Below are positions 37,617-46,984 of a DNA stretch of 64,000 nt, piece after piece. Position 1 is the first letter of the stretch, and every line of letters begins with the position of its first letter. A program made the position numbers and the translations under genes. The notes under the pieces were generated by a model. That model did not search any database. It was not told where the DNA came from and saw nothing but the letters and a program-made list of their open reading frames with translations. The stretch spans positions 11,108-75,107 of the forward strand of contig JBHGBE010000005.1 in the NCBI GenBank assembly GCA_041946855.1, given 5' to 3'. This DNA comes from Phycisphaerae bacterium (GTDB taxonomy: Bacteria; Planctomycetota; Phycisphaerae; SM23-33).

Positions 37617-39506
37617 GTGAAGCACGCGTTGACAAAGGACGACTGCTTCGGGCTGGCGCGGCCGGTCGTGGACTCCCACACGCTGGGGATAAGCTCCGTC
37701 GAGCAATCGCTGCGCGACTGCGGCGTGAAGACGGTCGTGGCGGACGCCGCGACGTGCGAGGCGTTCGGCGCGCCGCAGGCGCCGGCCTGCATGGCGGCCA
37801 TCGAGCGCTGGATCCGCGAGAACCGAATCACGGCCCTTGGCTTCAGCTACCGGCTGGACCCGGAGGAGGGCTCGGCGATCTTCGAGAGGCTGGTCCACGA
37901 ACTGAAGGCCAGGCGTTTCCTGTCCGCGCAGGGAGGCGTGCTCAAGTCCCTGTTCTTCGCCGGCCTCCCGGCCGCGTGCGGGATAGTGGAGCGGCGGGTG
38001 CCGGAGGTCAGCGGGACCTTCCGCGGCGACGAAACGCCGGCTCAGACGCTGGCGATATTGGGCGTCAGCCCGAAGGCCATCCCAAGCGAGATGGCCGGAG
38101 GCATGGCCTATGACGAGGACCGGCTCGCCTTCGGCAGGGACCTGATTCGCAAGGGGGAATACCTGGCGGTCAAGCCGGTTGACCGCGGCGGCTACAAGGA
38201 CTTCGGCTCCGAGGCGGACACGCTGGCCGCCAGGATCGCCGACGGGCGCAAGCGCAGGCTGCCCCCCATCATGCGGGCCCACGTCGGGCCTTATCTTCCC
38301 GACCGCCTCGCGGCCGTCCGCCTGTTCATGGAGTGGGCGCGGCGGCTTGCCGCCTCCGGGCACCTGGACGTGCTGTCCATCGGCACGTCGCAGTTGACGC
38401 AGTCGAACTTCGGGGACGACTGGGCCGGCAAGCCCAACGGCGGCGGCGTGCCGCTGAATTCGCCCGGGGAGTTCGCGGATGCGTGGCGGGCCGCCAGGCC
38501 AATGCTGGTCCGCGCCTACGCGGGGACGCGCGATGTACCCGCCCTGGCGCGGATGTACGAGCGGACGATTCACATCGCCTGGCACGCGCTGTCGCTGTGG
38601 TGGTTCTGCCGCATAGACGGGCGCGGGCCGTACACGCTCCGCGAGAACCTCCAGCAGCACGTCCGTGCGCTCAAGTGCATCGCCTCGACGGGCAAGCCCT
38701 TCGAGCCCAACGTGCCGCACCACTTCGCCTTCCGGGGCGCGGATGACGTGACCTACGTGGTTTCCGCCGTCCTCGCGGCGACCCTGGCGAAGGTGCTGGG
38801 CATCCGCTGCCTGGTCCTCCAGAACATGCTCAACACGCCCAAGTACACCTGGGGCATCCAGGACCTGGCCAAATCGCGCGCGATGCTCCGCCTTGTGCGC
38901 GAGCTGGAGGGCCCGCGGTTCCGCGTGTTGCTACAGCCGCGGGGAGGGCTGGACTACTTCTCGCCGGACCTGGACAAGGCCCGCGCCCAACTGGCGGCCG
39001 TCACGGCCCTGATGGACGACATCGAGCCGCACAACGGCCGGAGCCCCGAGCTGATCCACGTCGTGAGCTACTCGGAGGCGACACGGTTGGCGGACCCGGA
39101 TGTCGTCGACGAGAGCATCAAGATCACCCGTCACGCGCTGGCGGAGTACCGAAGGCTCCGGTCCACGGGCCAGGTCGACGACATGTCCCGCCATCCGGAC
39201 GTCGCCGAAAGGACCGAGCAACTGGTGGCCCAGGCGAGGACGGTCCTGGCGTTCATAAAGTCGACAGTCCCGGGGCCCTTCACGCCGGAGGGCCTGTATC
39301 AAGTGTTCGCGGCGGGGTTTCTTCCCGTGCCGTACCTGTGGGAATGCAGGCAGGAGTTCAAGCCGGCCGTCTGCTGGCAGACAAGGGTCATCGGCGGATC
39401 GGTCAAGGTCGTGGACGAGCGCGGCGTCCCCATGCCGGTCATAGAGCGGATGCGCCGGACGTGCGCATCCGCCGGGCTGGGCATGTTGAGAGGAAGGGAC
39501 AAGTGA
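37617..39506 (+). CDS. Hypothetical 629-aa protein with an N-terminal cobalamin(B12)-binding-like domain (DxHxxG ... GG)
   Basis: PVVDSHTLGISSVEQSLRDCGVKTVV ... AQGGVL. The remainder is unrecognised. Confidence 0.45.
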   Translation: MKHALTKDDCFGLARPVVDSHTLGISSVEQSLRDCGVKTVVADAATCEAFGAPQAPACMAAIERWIRENRITALGFSYRLDPEEGSAIFERLVHELKARRFLSAQGGVLKSLFFAGLPAACGIVERRVPEVSGTFRGDETPAQTLAILGVSPKAIPSEMAGGMAYDEDRLAFGRDLIRKGEYLAVKPVDRGGYKDFGSEADTLAARIADGRKRRLPPIMRAHVGPYLPDRLAAVRLFMEWARRLAASGHLDVLSIGTSQLTQSNFGDDWAGKPNGGGVPLNSPGEFADAWRAARPMLVRAYAGTRDVPALARMYERTIHIAWHALSLWWFCRIDGRGPYTLRENLQQHVRALKCIASTGKPFEPNVPHHFAFRGADDVTYVVSAVLAATLAKVLGIRCLVLQNMLNTPKYTWGIQDLAKSRAMLRLVRELEGPRFRVLLQPRGGLDYFSPDLDKARAQLAAVTALMDDIEPHNGRSPELIHVVSYSEATRLADPDVVDESIKITRHALAEYRRLRSTGQVDDMSRHPDVAERTEQLVAQARTVLAFIKSTVPGPFTPEGLYQVFAAGFLPVPYLWECRQEFKPAVCWQTRVIGGSVKVVDERGVPMPVIERMRRTCASAGLGMLRGRDK

Positions 39507-39572
39507 CTGAATGAGGACTTTGGGAACGAACACACCGATACCGCGGCGCAAACCACGGCGATGGAGGCGCGA

Positions 39573-39761
39573 TCAGGCAGCGGTTGTGACCACGACATCG
39601 GCGCGGATCGTGGGTTCCGGGATCGGCTCGCCATCCTCGGCCAGCCCCTTGAGGTGCATGTCTATGGCCTCGGCAATGGATTGCCGCGCCTCTTCCTGAG
39701 TGGCATAGCCCACAACGGCGCAGCCCGGCAGATCGGGCACGTAGGCCCCTCGTGTTTTCAC
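39573..39761 (-). CDS. hicB: HicB-family antitoxin-like protein (orphan)
   Basis: YVPDLPGCAVVGYATQEEARQSIAEAIDMHLKGLAEDGEP matches the HicB/UPF0150 pattern. Putative GTG start overlaps (GTGA) the stop of the upstream TPR-hydrolase gene. No HicA partner seen. Confidence 0.55.
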   Translation of the reverse strand: MKTRGAYVPDLPGCAVVGYATQEEARQSIAEAIDMHLKGLAEDGEPIPEPTIRADVVVTTAA

Positions 39762-41236
39762 CGTGTCGCGGCTGCGGAGATCGGATCTGACGCCGGCTGG
39801 CTGGCGGGCCTGCTCGCGGGCAGCTTGCCTTGGGCGACCTCGTCCAGCCACTTTTCCAGGACGGCAAGGTTGGCCTTGTCCGACGGCCGTAGGAGCCAGC
39901 CGTGGCCCGCGCCCTGGACGTACTCAATGGTCAGCGGCACGCCCGCGTCGGTCCAGGGCTTCTCGACCTTGCGCCACATCTCGCAGAGCGGCTTGATGCC
40001 CCGCGCCTTGGCGGCGGCCGCGTTGCCGCCCGCGCCGAAGTCCTCCGTGCCGACGACCACGAGGATGGGCGTCTTCCTGACATCCTTGCCCTTGGGGGGC
40101 TCAAGCGGCTTGGCGACGAGGCGGCCGCCCTCGACGGTCTGGCTGACCGGGTATGCGGCGTCGATGATGAGCCCGCCGAACTTGTCGGCGTTGTCGGCCC
40201 AGAGCGACAGGGCCATCTGCCCGCCGGCCGAGAAGCCCATCAGGATCGGCCGCCGAACGTCGATGCCTTCGATCTTCCCAACCTCAGGCAATGTCTTGTT
40301 GAGCAGCTTGACGGCGTCCTCGCCGCTCCAGCCCATCCAGTTCTTGCGCGTCAGCACGAGCAGCGCGAAGCCTTTCTTGACCATCATGGGCGAGAGGGCC
40401 TCGGCGAAGATGTTGGCCGAGCCGCCGGATGGGTGCATCCAGATGATGAGCCTGTCGGGCTTGTCCCTGGCGGCGTCGGGGCCCATCCGCAGGCGGTATC
40501 GCAGGCCGCCGGTGGGGAAACCCTCGACCGTCTTGACGCCCTCGATGTCCTTGCCCTTCTCATAAGGGGCCTTCTTCTCGTTCTCATCCGCCTTGGCGGC
40601 AAGCTCGTCGAACTGCTTGTCCTTGCGAAGCTCGGCCAGGTCGGGATCGCTGCGCATGTGCTCGGGATTGTCCCAGCCGAGATCGACCGCCTTGGCCAGG
40701 GCGGCCATCGCCTCATCCTTCCTGCCCAGGAGCGCCAGTGCGCACGCCAGGTTGTAGCGGGAATTGGCGTTATTGGGATTGTTTTTCACATCCGCGGACC
40801 ACTTGTCGAGTTCCTTTGTGGCGATGGCGGAGATCAGGTCCTTGAAGGCCTGCCTGTCGCGAAGGGCGGCCAGGTCGTCGTCGGCCCTGATATGGGAGAT
40901 GTCGGTGTAGCCAAGCTCGACTGACTTGGTGAGACTGGCCATGGCCTCCTCGTTCTTGCCTAGGCGGGCCTGGGCGCAGGCGAGGTTGTAATAGCCCATC
41001 GGGTCCTTGGGCGTCAGGTCGATCACCTGCCGGCATAGGGCGGCCGCCTTTTCGTAATCCTTGCTGGCGAATAGTCTTATAAGGTCCTGCTGGAGGGCCG
41101 CGGCCTTGGCGGTGCGCTGTTGAGGCGACATGGCCGGCCCGGTGGCCGGCTCGGAGGCGGGGTCTTCCGCGAGCGACAGGCCGTGACCCGCGGCCAGTGT
41201 CAGGATTGCACAGGCGATCAGTCGAGTGATACGCAT
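39758..41236 (-). CDS. Secreted TPR-repeat protein fused to an alpha/beta-hydrolase (esterase/dienelactone-hydrolase-like) domain
   Basis: Signal peptide MRITRLIACAILTLAAG. TPR units. GFSAGG nucleophile elbow. Downstream Asp/His. Confidence 0.7.
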   Translation of the reverse strand: MRITRLIACAILTLAAGHGLSLAEDPASEPATGPAMSPQQRTAKAAALQQDLIRLFASKDYEKAAALCRQVIDLTPKDPMGYYNLACAQARLGKNEEAMASLTKSVELGYTDISHIRADDDLAALRDRQAFKDLISAIATKELDKWSADVKNNPNNANSRYNLACALALLGRKDEAMAALAKAVDLGWDNPEHMRSDPDLAELRKDKQFDELAAKADENEKKAPYEKGKDIEGVKTVEGFPTGGLRYRLRMGPDAARDKPDRLIIWMHPSGGSANIFAEALSPMMVKKGFALLVLTRKNWMGWSGEDAVKLLNKTLPEVGKIEGIDVRRPILMGFSAGGQMALSLWADNADKFGGLIIDAAYPVSQTVEGGRLVAKPLEPPKGKDVRKTPILVVVGTEDFGAGGNAAAAKARGIKPLCEMWRKVEKPWTDAGVPLTIEYVQGAGHGWLLRPSDKANLAVLEKWLDEVAQGKLPASRPASQPASDPISAAATR

Positions 41237-41358
41237 TGGCTTGCACCTCGTTTTGCTGCCGGAAGCGGCTTGCCGGACCGTCCGAAAGGCTGCCCCGGCG
41301 GGCGGATTTCGCGGCCAAGACCCTACATGGCAACTATTTCCGGGGCAAGATGTTTTTG

Positions 41359-41389
41359 GTTGACGCGGCTGTGGCACGCTCTATAATTT
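41359..41389 (+). promoter_or_regulatory. Strong sigma-70-like promoter TTGACG-N16-TATAAT
   Basis: Seen directly. About 470 nt upstream of nusA. Confidence 0.5.
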
Positions 41390-41747
41390 AGCGTCAACTT
41401 GTGTACGGACTGTTTGTCGCCTGCCATGCCCAGGAGGCAACGGGCTGTGTGCAGGCGGCACTGTTTATTCGTGCGGACGGCAGTTGGCTGTTTGAGAGCG
41501 GCTAATGTTGTCGTTTTTTGCCAAAGAGAACTTTTCAGGCCGGGAGCGAACGAGTATGCGCCCCAGCAAGGTCCACGCCGGTGTTACGGCTTAGGCCCAT
41601 GGCGGTTGTGCCCCGCCGGGCCTGCGGAGGAACAGGTCCGCCCGGATAGTTTGCGGGGCGGCGCGCCATCGGCGCCGGAGGCGGTGAGCCAAACCGCCGA
41701 CGGCCGGCGGCACGCCCCCTGACAAGGCGAGGCTTGCGGCTTGAAAG

Positions 41748-41781
41748 TGGGCAGAGGCGACCCACTTTTTTTGTCGCCTTC
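41748..41781 (+). terminator. Rho-independent terminator (AGTGGG-cagaggcga-CCCACT + TTTTTTT)
   Basis: Stem-loop followed by a T7 run, seen directly. Located about 55 nt upstream of nusA. Confidence 0.6.
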
Positions 41782-41833
41782 GCGGCGGCCCCGGCGGCGC
41801 CGCGGGATACGGACATAAGAATAAGGGAAAAGA

Positions 41834-43270
41834 ATGAACCAGGAACTTCTACGCATAGTCGAAGGACTGGCCCGGGACCGCAACATCGATGCGGAAACGC
41901 TGTTCGAGGACCTTGAGGCCGCGATAATCTCGGCCATTCGCAAGGCCAATCCGGGCACTGAGGACGTGGCCGCCAACGTCGATCGAAAGACGGGCGACAT
42001 CACCGCGTCGCTGAACGGCCAGCCCATCAGCCAGCGAGACCTGGGCCGCATAGCCGCACAGACGGCCAAGCAGGTGCTGATCCAGCGCGTTCGCGAGGCC
42101 GAGCGCGGCAGCATCTACGAGCAGTACCTGGAGTTGCGCGGCACGATCGTCACCGGCCGTGTCGCGCGGTGGGAGGGCGGCAGCCTGATCGTTGACCTGG
42201 GACGGGTGGAGGCCATCCTGCCCAAGAGCGAGCAGATCCCCGGCGAGCAGGCCCAGCCGGAGGAGCGAGTCCGCGCGATGGTCCTGGAGGTCAAGGAAAG
42301 CCCAAGCCAGGTGCGGATCATCCTGTCGCGGACGCACCCGGACTTCATCAGGGCGCTGTTCGAGCTGGAAGTGCCCGAGGTGGCCGAGAAGATCATCGAG
42401 ATCAAGGCCCTCGCCCGCGAGGCGGGATACCGCACGAAGGTGGCCGTCACGAGCCTTGACCCGAAGGTGGACGCGGTGGGCGCGTGCGTGGGCATCCGCG
42501 GCAGCCGGATCAAGAACATCGTCGATGAGCTGGGCGGCGAGAAGATCGACATCGTCAGGTGGAACGACTCGTCCAAGATACTCATCGCCAACGCGCTCAA
42601 GCCGGCGGAGGTCGCCGAGATCGCACTGTGCTTCGAGCTCGGGCGGGCGACGGTGGTGGTGACGGATGACCAGCTTTCGCTGGCCATCGGGAAGCGCGGG
42701 CAGAACGTCCGCCTGGCTGCCCGGCTGACCGGCTGGGACATCGACATACTGACGCCCAACGAGTTCAACGCGGGCCTCGATACGCTGGAGAAGGCGCTGC
42801 GGTCGGTCGAGGGCGTGGAGTCGACAGTGGTGGACCAGATCGTGGCGATGGGCATGGTGAACGTGCTGGACGTGGAAGAGGTCGGCCCCGATCCGCTGGT
42901 CAACGAGCTGAACATGGACCGCACGCTGGCCCAGAAGATCGTGGTCCGCTGCGCCGAGGAGGCCAAGCGCGTTGCCGCGGAGCAGCAGGCCAACAAGGAA
43001 AAGAAGGCCGCCGCGGCGCAGGCTCCCGCACAGGCCCCCGTGCCGGCTGAGGCGCCGGCCGCTCCGGCCCCGGCAGAGGGCGCAGCCGCCGTTGCGCCGA
43101 CGGAGGGCGCAGCGCCGGCCGCGGCGCCGCCCGAAAACCAGCCTCCGCCCGCTGCTCCGGTGGAAGGCTCGCAGCCGCCTCCGCCGGCGGAGGTTGCCCC
43201 TGGCGATGCGCCAACCCAACCGCCCGCCGCCACGCCGGCCCAGGATGCGCCGGCCGATACGCGGACGTGA
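41834..43270 (+). CDS. nusA: Transcription termination/antitermination factor NusA
   Basis: N-terminal domain, S1 and KH domains. Acidic/Pro-Ala-rich C-terminal extension. Confidence 0.9.
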   Translation: MNQELLRIVEGLARDRNIDAETLFEDLEAAIISAIRKANPGTEDVAANVDRKTGDITASLNGQPISQRDLGRIAAQTAKQVLIQRVREAERGSIYEQYLELRGTIVTGRVARWEGGSLIVDLGRVEAILPKSEQIPGEQAQPEERVRAMVLEVKESPSQVRIILSRTHPDFIRALFELEVPEVAEKIIEIKALAREAGYRTKVAVTSLDPKVDAVGACVGIRGSRIKNIVDELGGEKIDIVRWNDSSKILIANALKPAEVAEIALCFELGRATVVVTDDQLSLAIGKRGQNVRLAARLTGWDIDILTPNEFNAGLDTLEKALRSVEGVESTVVDQIVAMGMVNVLDVEEVGPDPLVNELNMDRTLAQKIVVRCAEEAKRVAAEQQANKEKKAAAAQAPAQAPVPAEAPAAPAPAEGAAAVAPTEGAAPAAAPPENQPPPAAPVEGSQPPPPAEVAPGDAPTQPPAATPAQDAPADTRT

Positions 43271-43315
43271 AGGACAGTACGAACACGCCTCGGCTGAGCG
43301 TTTCAGCCGGGCGAT

Positions 43316-46108
43316 TTGATAGATGAGTGGTTGCCGGGAGGTTTTTCCTTGGCAAAGTTACGTATATCTGATCTGGCCAAAGAGCTCGGCGTGATGAGCA
43401 AGACGGTGCTGGCCAAGTGCCGCGCCGAGGGGATCGACGTCAAGAACCACATGGCCACGGTGTCGGCCGGCCTGGAGGCCACGATCCGCGAGTGGTTCGC
43501 GGAGGGCGGCCTCAAGACAGCCGTCGAGACCACCAAGCACGTTGACCTGGCCAAGGAGCATGAGAAGGCCAGGAAGCAGCGCCGCAAGGGCAAGAAGGAA
43601 GAGCCTGCCGCCGCGCCCGCTGCCGCTGATGTGGCAGCCGTGGCCGTCGAAGAGGCCCCGCCCGTTGAGAAGGTTCCAGTTGTTGAAGCACCGCCGGTCG
43701 AAGAGGTCCCCGCGCCGACGGCCGCGCCTGTCGCGCCGCCGGCCGAAGTCGCCAAGCCCACGGCAGCCCCCGCCGAACCAGCGCCGCCTGCTGCCCCTGC
43801 GCAGCCCGCTCAAGTCGCGGCGAGCGTCGAGCCGCCGCCGGCCGCGCCGGCCAAGCCCGCGCCGCCCGCCGCCCCTGTTCAGCCGGCGGCCGCGACGCCT
43901 CCGGCGGCCGAGCCCCCCAAGCCGGCGCCGCCGAAGGTTCCCATCAAGCCGGCCGGACCGCAACTTGTCCCAAGGCCGGCTCGTCTTCAGGGGCCGCGGG
44001 TCGTCCGCGTGGAAAGGCCCGACTACGTCCAGGCCCCGCGCCGCAGGCCGCCCGCGGCTCCGGCCGCGCCCGAGCCGGCTGCGCCGACGGGCGCCGGCAG
44101 AAGGGGCAGGAAGCCGGCCGTCGTCGTCGAGGAAGAGGAGGAAGGCGCCGGCAAGAAGGGCGCCGCCAAGAAGCGCAGCCCGCGCCGCCGTGGCGGCCGC
44201 AGCGCCGACAGCGGCGAGGTCATCAAGGAATGGCGCGACCAGGACTTGCAGGAGCGCACCGAGCGGATCACGGCCGCGACAGGCGGCCTTCGCCGCCACC
44301 GCGCCGCCGTCACGCAAAAATCCGCCGAGGGCGGCCCGGCCGTCAAGAGCCCGCAGGTCGAGGTCGAGGAGCCCATCACGATAAAGAACCTGTCGGCCGC
44401 CTCAGGCATCAAGGCCGGCGAGTTCATTCGCAAGCTGATGGACCAGGGCACGATGGCGACCGTCAACCAGGTCATCTCGCGCGAGACCGCCGAGTCGCTC
44501 CTGATCGACTACAACGTCGAGCTGATCGTCAAGCGGGCCAGGACCGCCGAGGAGGAGCTGCTCGAGGAGATCCGGAATCGCCCCAAGGGCCCGCTGACCA
44601 CCCGGGCGCCGGTGGTCACGTTCCTGGGCCACGTGGACCACGGCAAGACGTCGCTGTTGGACCGGATCCGCCAGGCCCGCGTGGCCGAGGGCGAGGCCGG
44701 CGGCATCACGCAGCACATCGGCGCGTACCGGTTCGACCGCGGCAAGAGCCACGTGGTCTTCCTTGACACGCCCGGGCACGAGGCGTTCACGGCCATGCGT
44801 GCCCGCGGCGCCAACATGACCGACGTGGTCGTGCTGGTCGTGGCCGCCGACGACGGCGTCATGCCCCAGACCGTCGAGGCCCTCAGCCACGCCAAGGCCG
44901 CCAACGTCCCGATCGTCGTGGCGCTCAACAAGATCGACCTGCCCAACGCCAACGAGCAGAAGGTGCTGGGGCAACTGGCCGAGCACGGCCTCCAGCCCCG
45001 CGAGTGGGGAGGCAACGTCGAGGTCATCCGCACCAGCGCCACCACCGGCCAGGGCATCGACGCGCTTGTCGAGACCCTCAGCCTGGAGGCGGAGCTGCTG
45101 GAGCTGAAGGCCGACAGCGCGGCCCCGGCCAGCGGGTTCGTGATCGAGAGCAAGATGGACAGCGGGCTGGGCGTGCTGGCCCGCCTGCTGGTCCGGGATG
45201 GAACGCTCAGGGCCGGCGACATCTTGCTGGCCGGCGCTGGCTACGGGCGGGTCCGCCTCATGGTCGACGACCGGGGCAGGCCCATCGGCGAGGCCGGGCC
45301 CTCCACGCCGGTCGAAGTGGCCGGGCTGGACGAGATCCCCGAGGCCGGCGACCGGTTCTACGTGCTGGACGACCTGGACAGGGCCCGCGCGGTGGCCGAA
45401 GACCGCCGCCAGAGGTCCAGGGCCGCCGACCTGGCGACCGTCCCCGAGCGCACGCTGGACGCCATGCTGAAGCGGATCGAGGCGGGCCAGGCGACCGAGC
45501 TGAACCTGATTATCAAGGCCGACGTGCAGGGCTCGATAGAGGCCATCACAGGCTCCATCGAGAAGCTGAGCACCGACGAGGTGCGCGTGAAGGTGCTCCA
45601 TGCGGCCGTCGGCGGCATTACGGCCGGCGACGTGGCCCTGGCCGAGGCGTCCGACGCCCTCATCATCGGTTTCAACGCCGTGCCCGACGCGGCCGCGAGG
45701 CAGTTGGCCGAGGCCGCCGGCGTCGATATCCGGCTCTACCGGATCATCTACGACATCATCGAGGACATCCGCAAGGCCCTGGAAGAAGGCCTGGCGCCGG
45801 AAATCCGCATGGAGACGCTGGGGCGGGCGGAGGTCCGCCAGACGTTCAAGGTGTCGCGAGTCGGCACGATCGCCGGCTGCTACGTCACCGACGGCGTGGT
45901 CACGCGCAGCTCGAAGGTCCGCATCACGCGGAACAACGTGGTCGTCGAGGACGAGCGTACGCTGGAGAGCCTCAAGCGGTTCAAGGACGACGCCCGCGAG
46001 GTCCGGGCCGGGCTGGAGTGCGGCATCAAGATCGCCGGCTACGACGACATCAAGGAGGGCGACATACTGGAGTTCTACCAGCGGGTCGAGGTGACAAGGA
46101 AGCTGTAG
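43316..46108 (+). CDS. infB: Translation initiation factor IF-2
   Basis: [13 protein letters not shown]1 motif. [12 protein letters not shown]. Ala/Pro-rich N-terminal linker. The start could be a few codons downstream. Confidence 0.9.
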   Translation: MIDEWLPGGFSLAKLRISDLAKELGVMSKTVLAKCRAEGIDVKNHMATVSAGLEATIREWFAEGGLKTAVETTKHVDLAKEHEKARKQRRKGKKEEPAAAPAAADVAAVAVEEAPPVEKVPVVEAPPVEEVPAPTAAPVAPPAEVAKPTAAPAEPAPPAAPAQPAQVAASVEPPPAAPAKPAPPAAPVQPAAATPPAAEPPKPAPPKVPIKPAGPQLVPRPARLQGPRVVRVERPDYVQAPRRRPPAAPAAPEPAAPTGAGRRGRKPAVVVEEEEEGAGKKGAAKKRSPRRRGGRSADSGEVIKEWRDQDLQERTERITAATGGLRRHRAAVTQKSAEGGPAVKSPQVEVEEPITIKNLSAASGIKAGEFIRKLMDQGTMATVNQVISRETAESLLIDYNVELIVKRARTAEEELLEEIRNRPKGPLTTRAPVVTFLGHVDHGKTSLLDRIRQARVAEGEAGGITQHIGAYRFDRGKSHVVFLDTPGHEAFTAMRARGANMTDVVVLVVAADDGVMPQTVEALSHAKAANVPIVVALNKIDLPNANEQKVLGQLAEHGLQPREWGGNVEVIRTSATTGQGIDALVETLSLEAELLELKADSAAPASGFVIESKMDSGLGVLARLLVRDGTLRAGDILLAGAGYGRVRLMVDDRGRPIGEAGPSTPVEVAGLDEIPEAGDRFYVLDDLDRARAVAEDRRQRSRAADLATVPERTLDAMLKRIEAGQATELNLIIKADVQGSIEAITGSIEKLSTDEVRVKVLHAAVGGITAGDVALAEASDALIIGFNAVPDAAARQLAEAAGVDIRLYRIIYDIIEDIRKALEEGLAPEIRMETLGRAEVRQTFKVSRVGTIAGCYVTDGVVTRSSKVRITRNNVVVEDERTLESLKRFKDDAREVRAGLECGIKIAGYDDIKEGDILEFYQRVEVTRKL

Positions 46109-46153
46109 GCAGGGCCTGGACAACGCGAGGCCCTGCCCTGAGGAGCATCGGCT

Positions 46154-46462
46154 ATGGCAGTGAAACCAGTCAATCCGGTGGCCGAGAAGCAAGCCAAGCT
46201 TCTGGCTCTGGATAATCGTAAGGCGGAGCCGGACGTCACTAGAGTATTCTGGTTCCCCGACGACCAGGAAGTCAGGCTGGTCGAGTTGACGGAGGTCGTG
46301 CCGATCAACCCTGACGACGATCTCCATCCGTTCTACTTTCGCCCATCGCCAAGGGACGACATGCCATTGCCAACGGCCTTGGCAATGATCCGACCTGACG
46401 AGTTCGGCAAGCTGAAACCGCCTTCGGAATGGGGCAACTGGTCCGACGCCGTGGAATTGTGA
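46154..46462 (+). CDS. Hypothetical protein (102 aa), first of a two-gene insertion in the nusA-infB-rbfA operon
   Basis: ORF with a plausible start 45 nt after infB. No recognisable family. Confidence 0.45.
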   Translation: MAVKPVNPVAEKQAKLLALDNRKAEPDVTRVFWFPDDQEVRLVELTEVVPINPDDDLHPFYFRPSPRDDMPLPTALAMIRPDEFGKLKPPSEWGNWSDAVEL

Positions 46463-46469
46463 GGACGGA

Positions 46470-46958
46470 ATGGGCTGGCACGAGGCTTATCTGGTCCAGG
46501 CGCGCAGCGAATATGCCGTGCTGAAGAAACTCGGCGACCTTAACGTGGAATACTCCCACCGGCTTCACTACTTGCAGATGCTGACCGAGAAGCTTTCCAA
46601 GGCGATGCAGACGCCCCCTGGCAAACGGGCGCCCGCGCCCATGACGCACGTGATGTTCGTGCAGATGCTTCAGGCGCTCATCAACTGGCCCGAGATGCGG
46701 CGCAGACTGGGCTATGATAGGCCGTCTGTCTTCAGAGAGTACACTAGGTCGCTTCTGGACGTCGCGAGGAGCATCGAACGGCTCTCGCCGGATATCGCGG
46801 GTTTGACCCAGCCCAATCCGGAGTACCCGTGGGAAGACCGTGGCGCCAACCGCGTGTGGGCCCCGGCTGAATTCGATTTCCAGCAGTTCGACCCCAAGGC
46901 TCCGCGGATGGCCAAGATCGCCAAGCTTGTGGATGACTTGATTGTGGCGGCTTACTGA
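46470..46958 (+). CDS. Hypothetical protein (162 aa), second of the two-gene insertion
   Basis: Starts 8 nt after the previous stop. Helical N-terminus. No recognisable family. Confidence 0.45.
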   Translation: MGWHEAYLVQARSEYAVLKKLGDLNVEYSHRLHYLQMLTEKLSKAMQTPPGKRAPAPMTHVMFVQMLQALINWPEMRRRLGYDRPSVFREYTRSLLDVARSIERLSPDIAGLTQPNPEYPWEDRGANRVWAPAEFDFQQFDPKAPRMAKIAKLVDDLIVAAY

Positions 46959-46984
46959 ATGCCTTATGCAGTTGGGCATTACGT

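Noticed and set aside
33027-38723. Long minus-strand ORFs 33027..35330, 34522..36138 and 35952..38723
   Set aside because: They are antisense to the methyltransferase, EIIA-dehydrogenase, AsnB and B12-domain genes, with Arg/Pro/Gly-rich composition.
39758-39851. Longer ATG-started version of the HicB-like ORF (39573..39851)
   Set aside because: It would overlap the upstream hydrolase gene by 94 nt with a non-HicB-like Arg-rich leader. The GTG start with a 4-nt overlap is more plausible.
41390-41790. The promoter-terminator unit upstream of nusA could be RNase P RNA, tmRNA, 6S RNA or SRP RNA
   Set aside because: None of the hallmark motifs are present: GGAAAGUCCGGGCUCC of RNase P, the tag-peptide ORF and T-arm of tmRNA, or the SRP domain IV loop. 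It is kept as an unclassified candidate RNA or leader instead.
41849-46327. Minus-strand ORFs 41849..43219, 42115..43233, 43358..44317 and 44402..46327
   Set aside because: They are antisense to nusA and infB, which are unambiguous on the plus strand.
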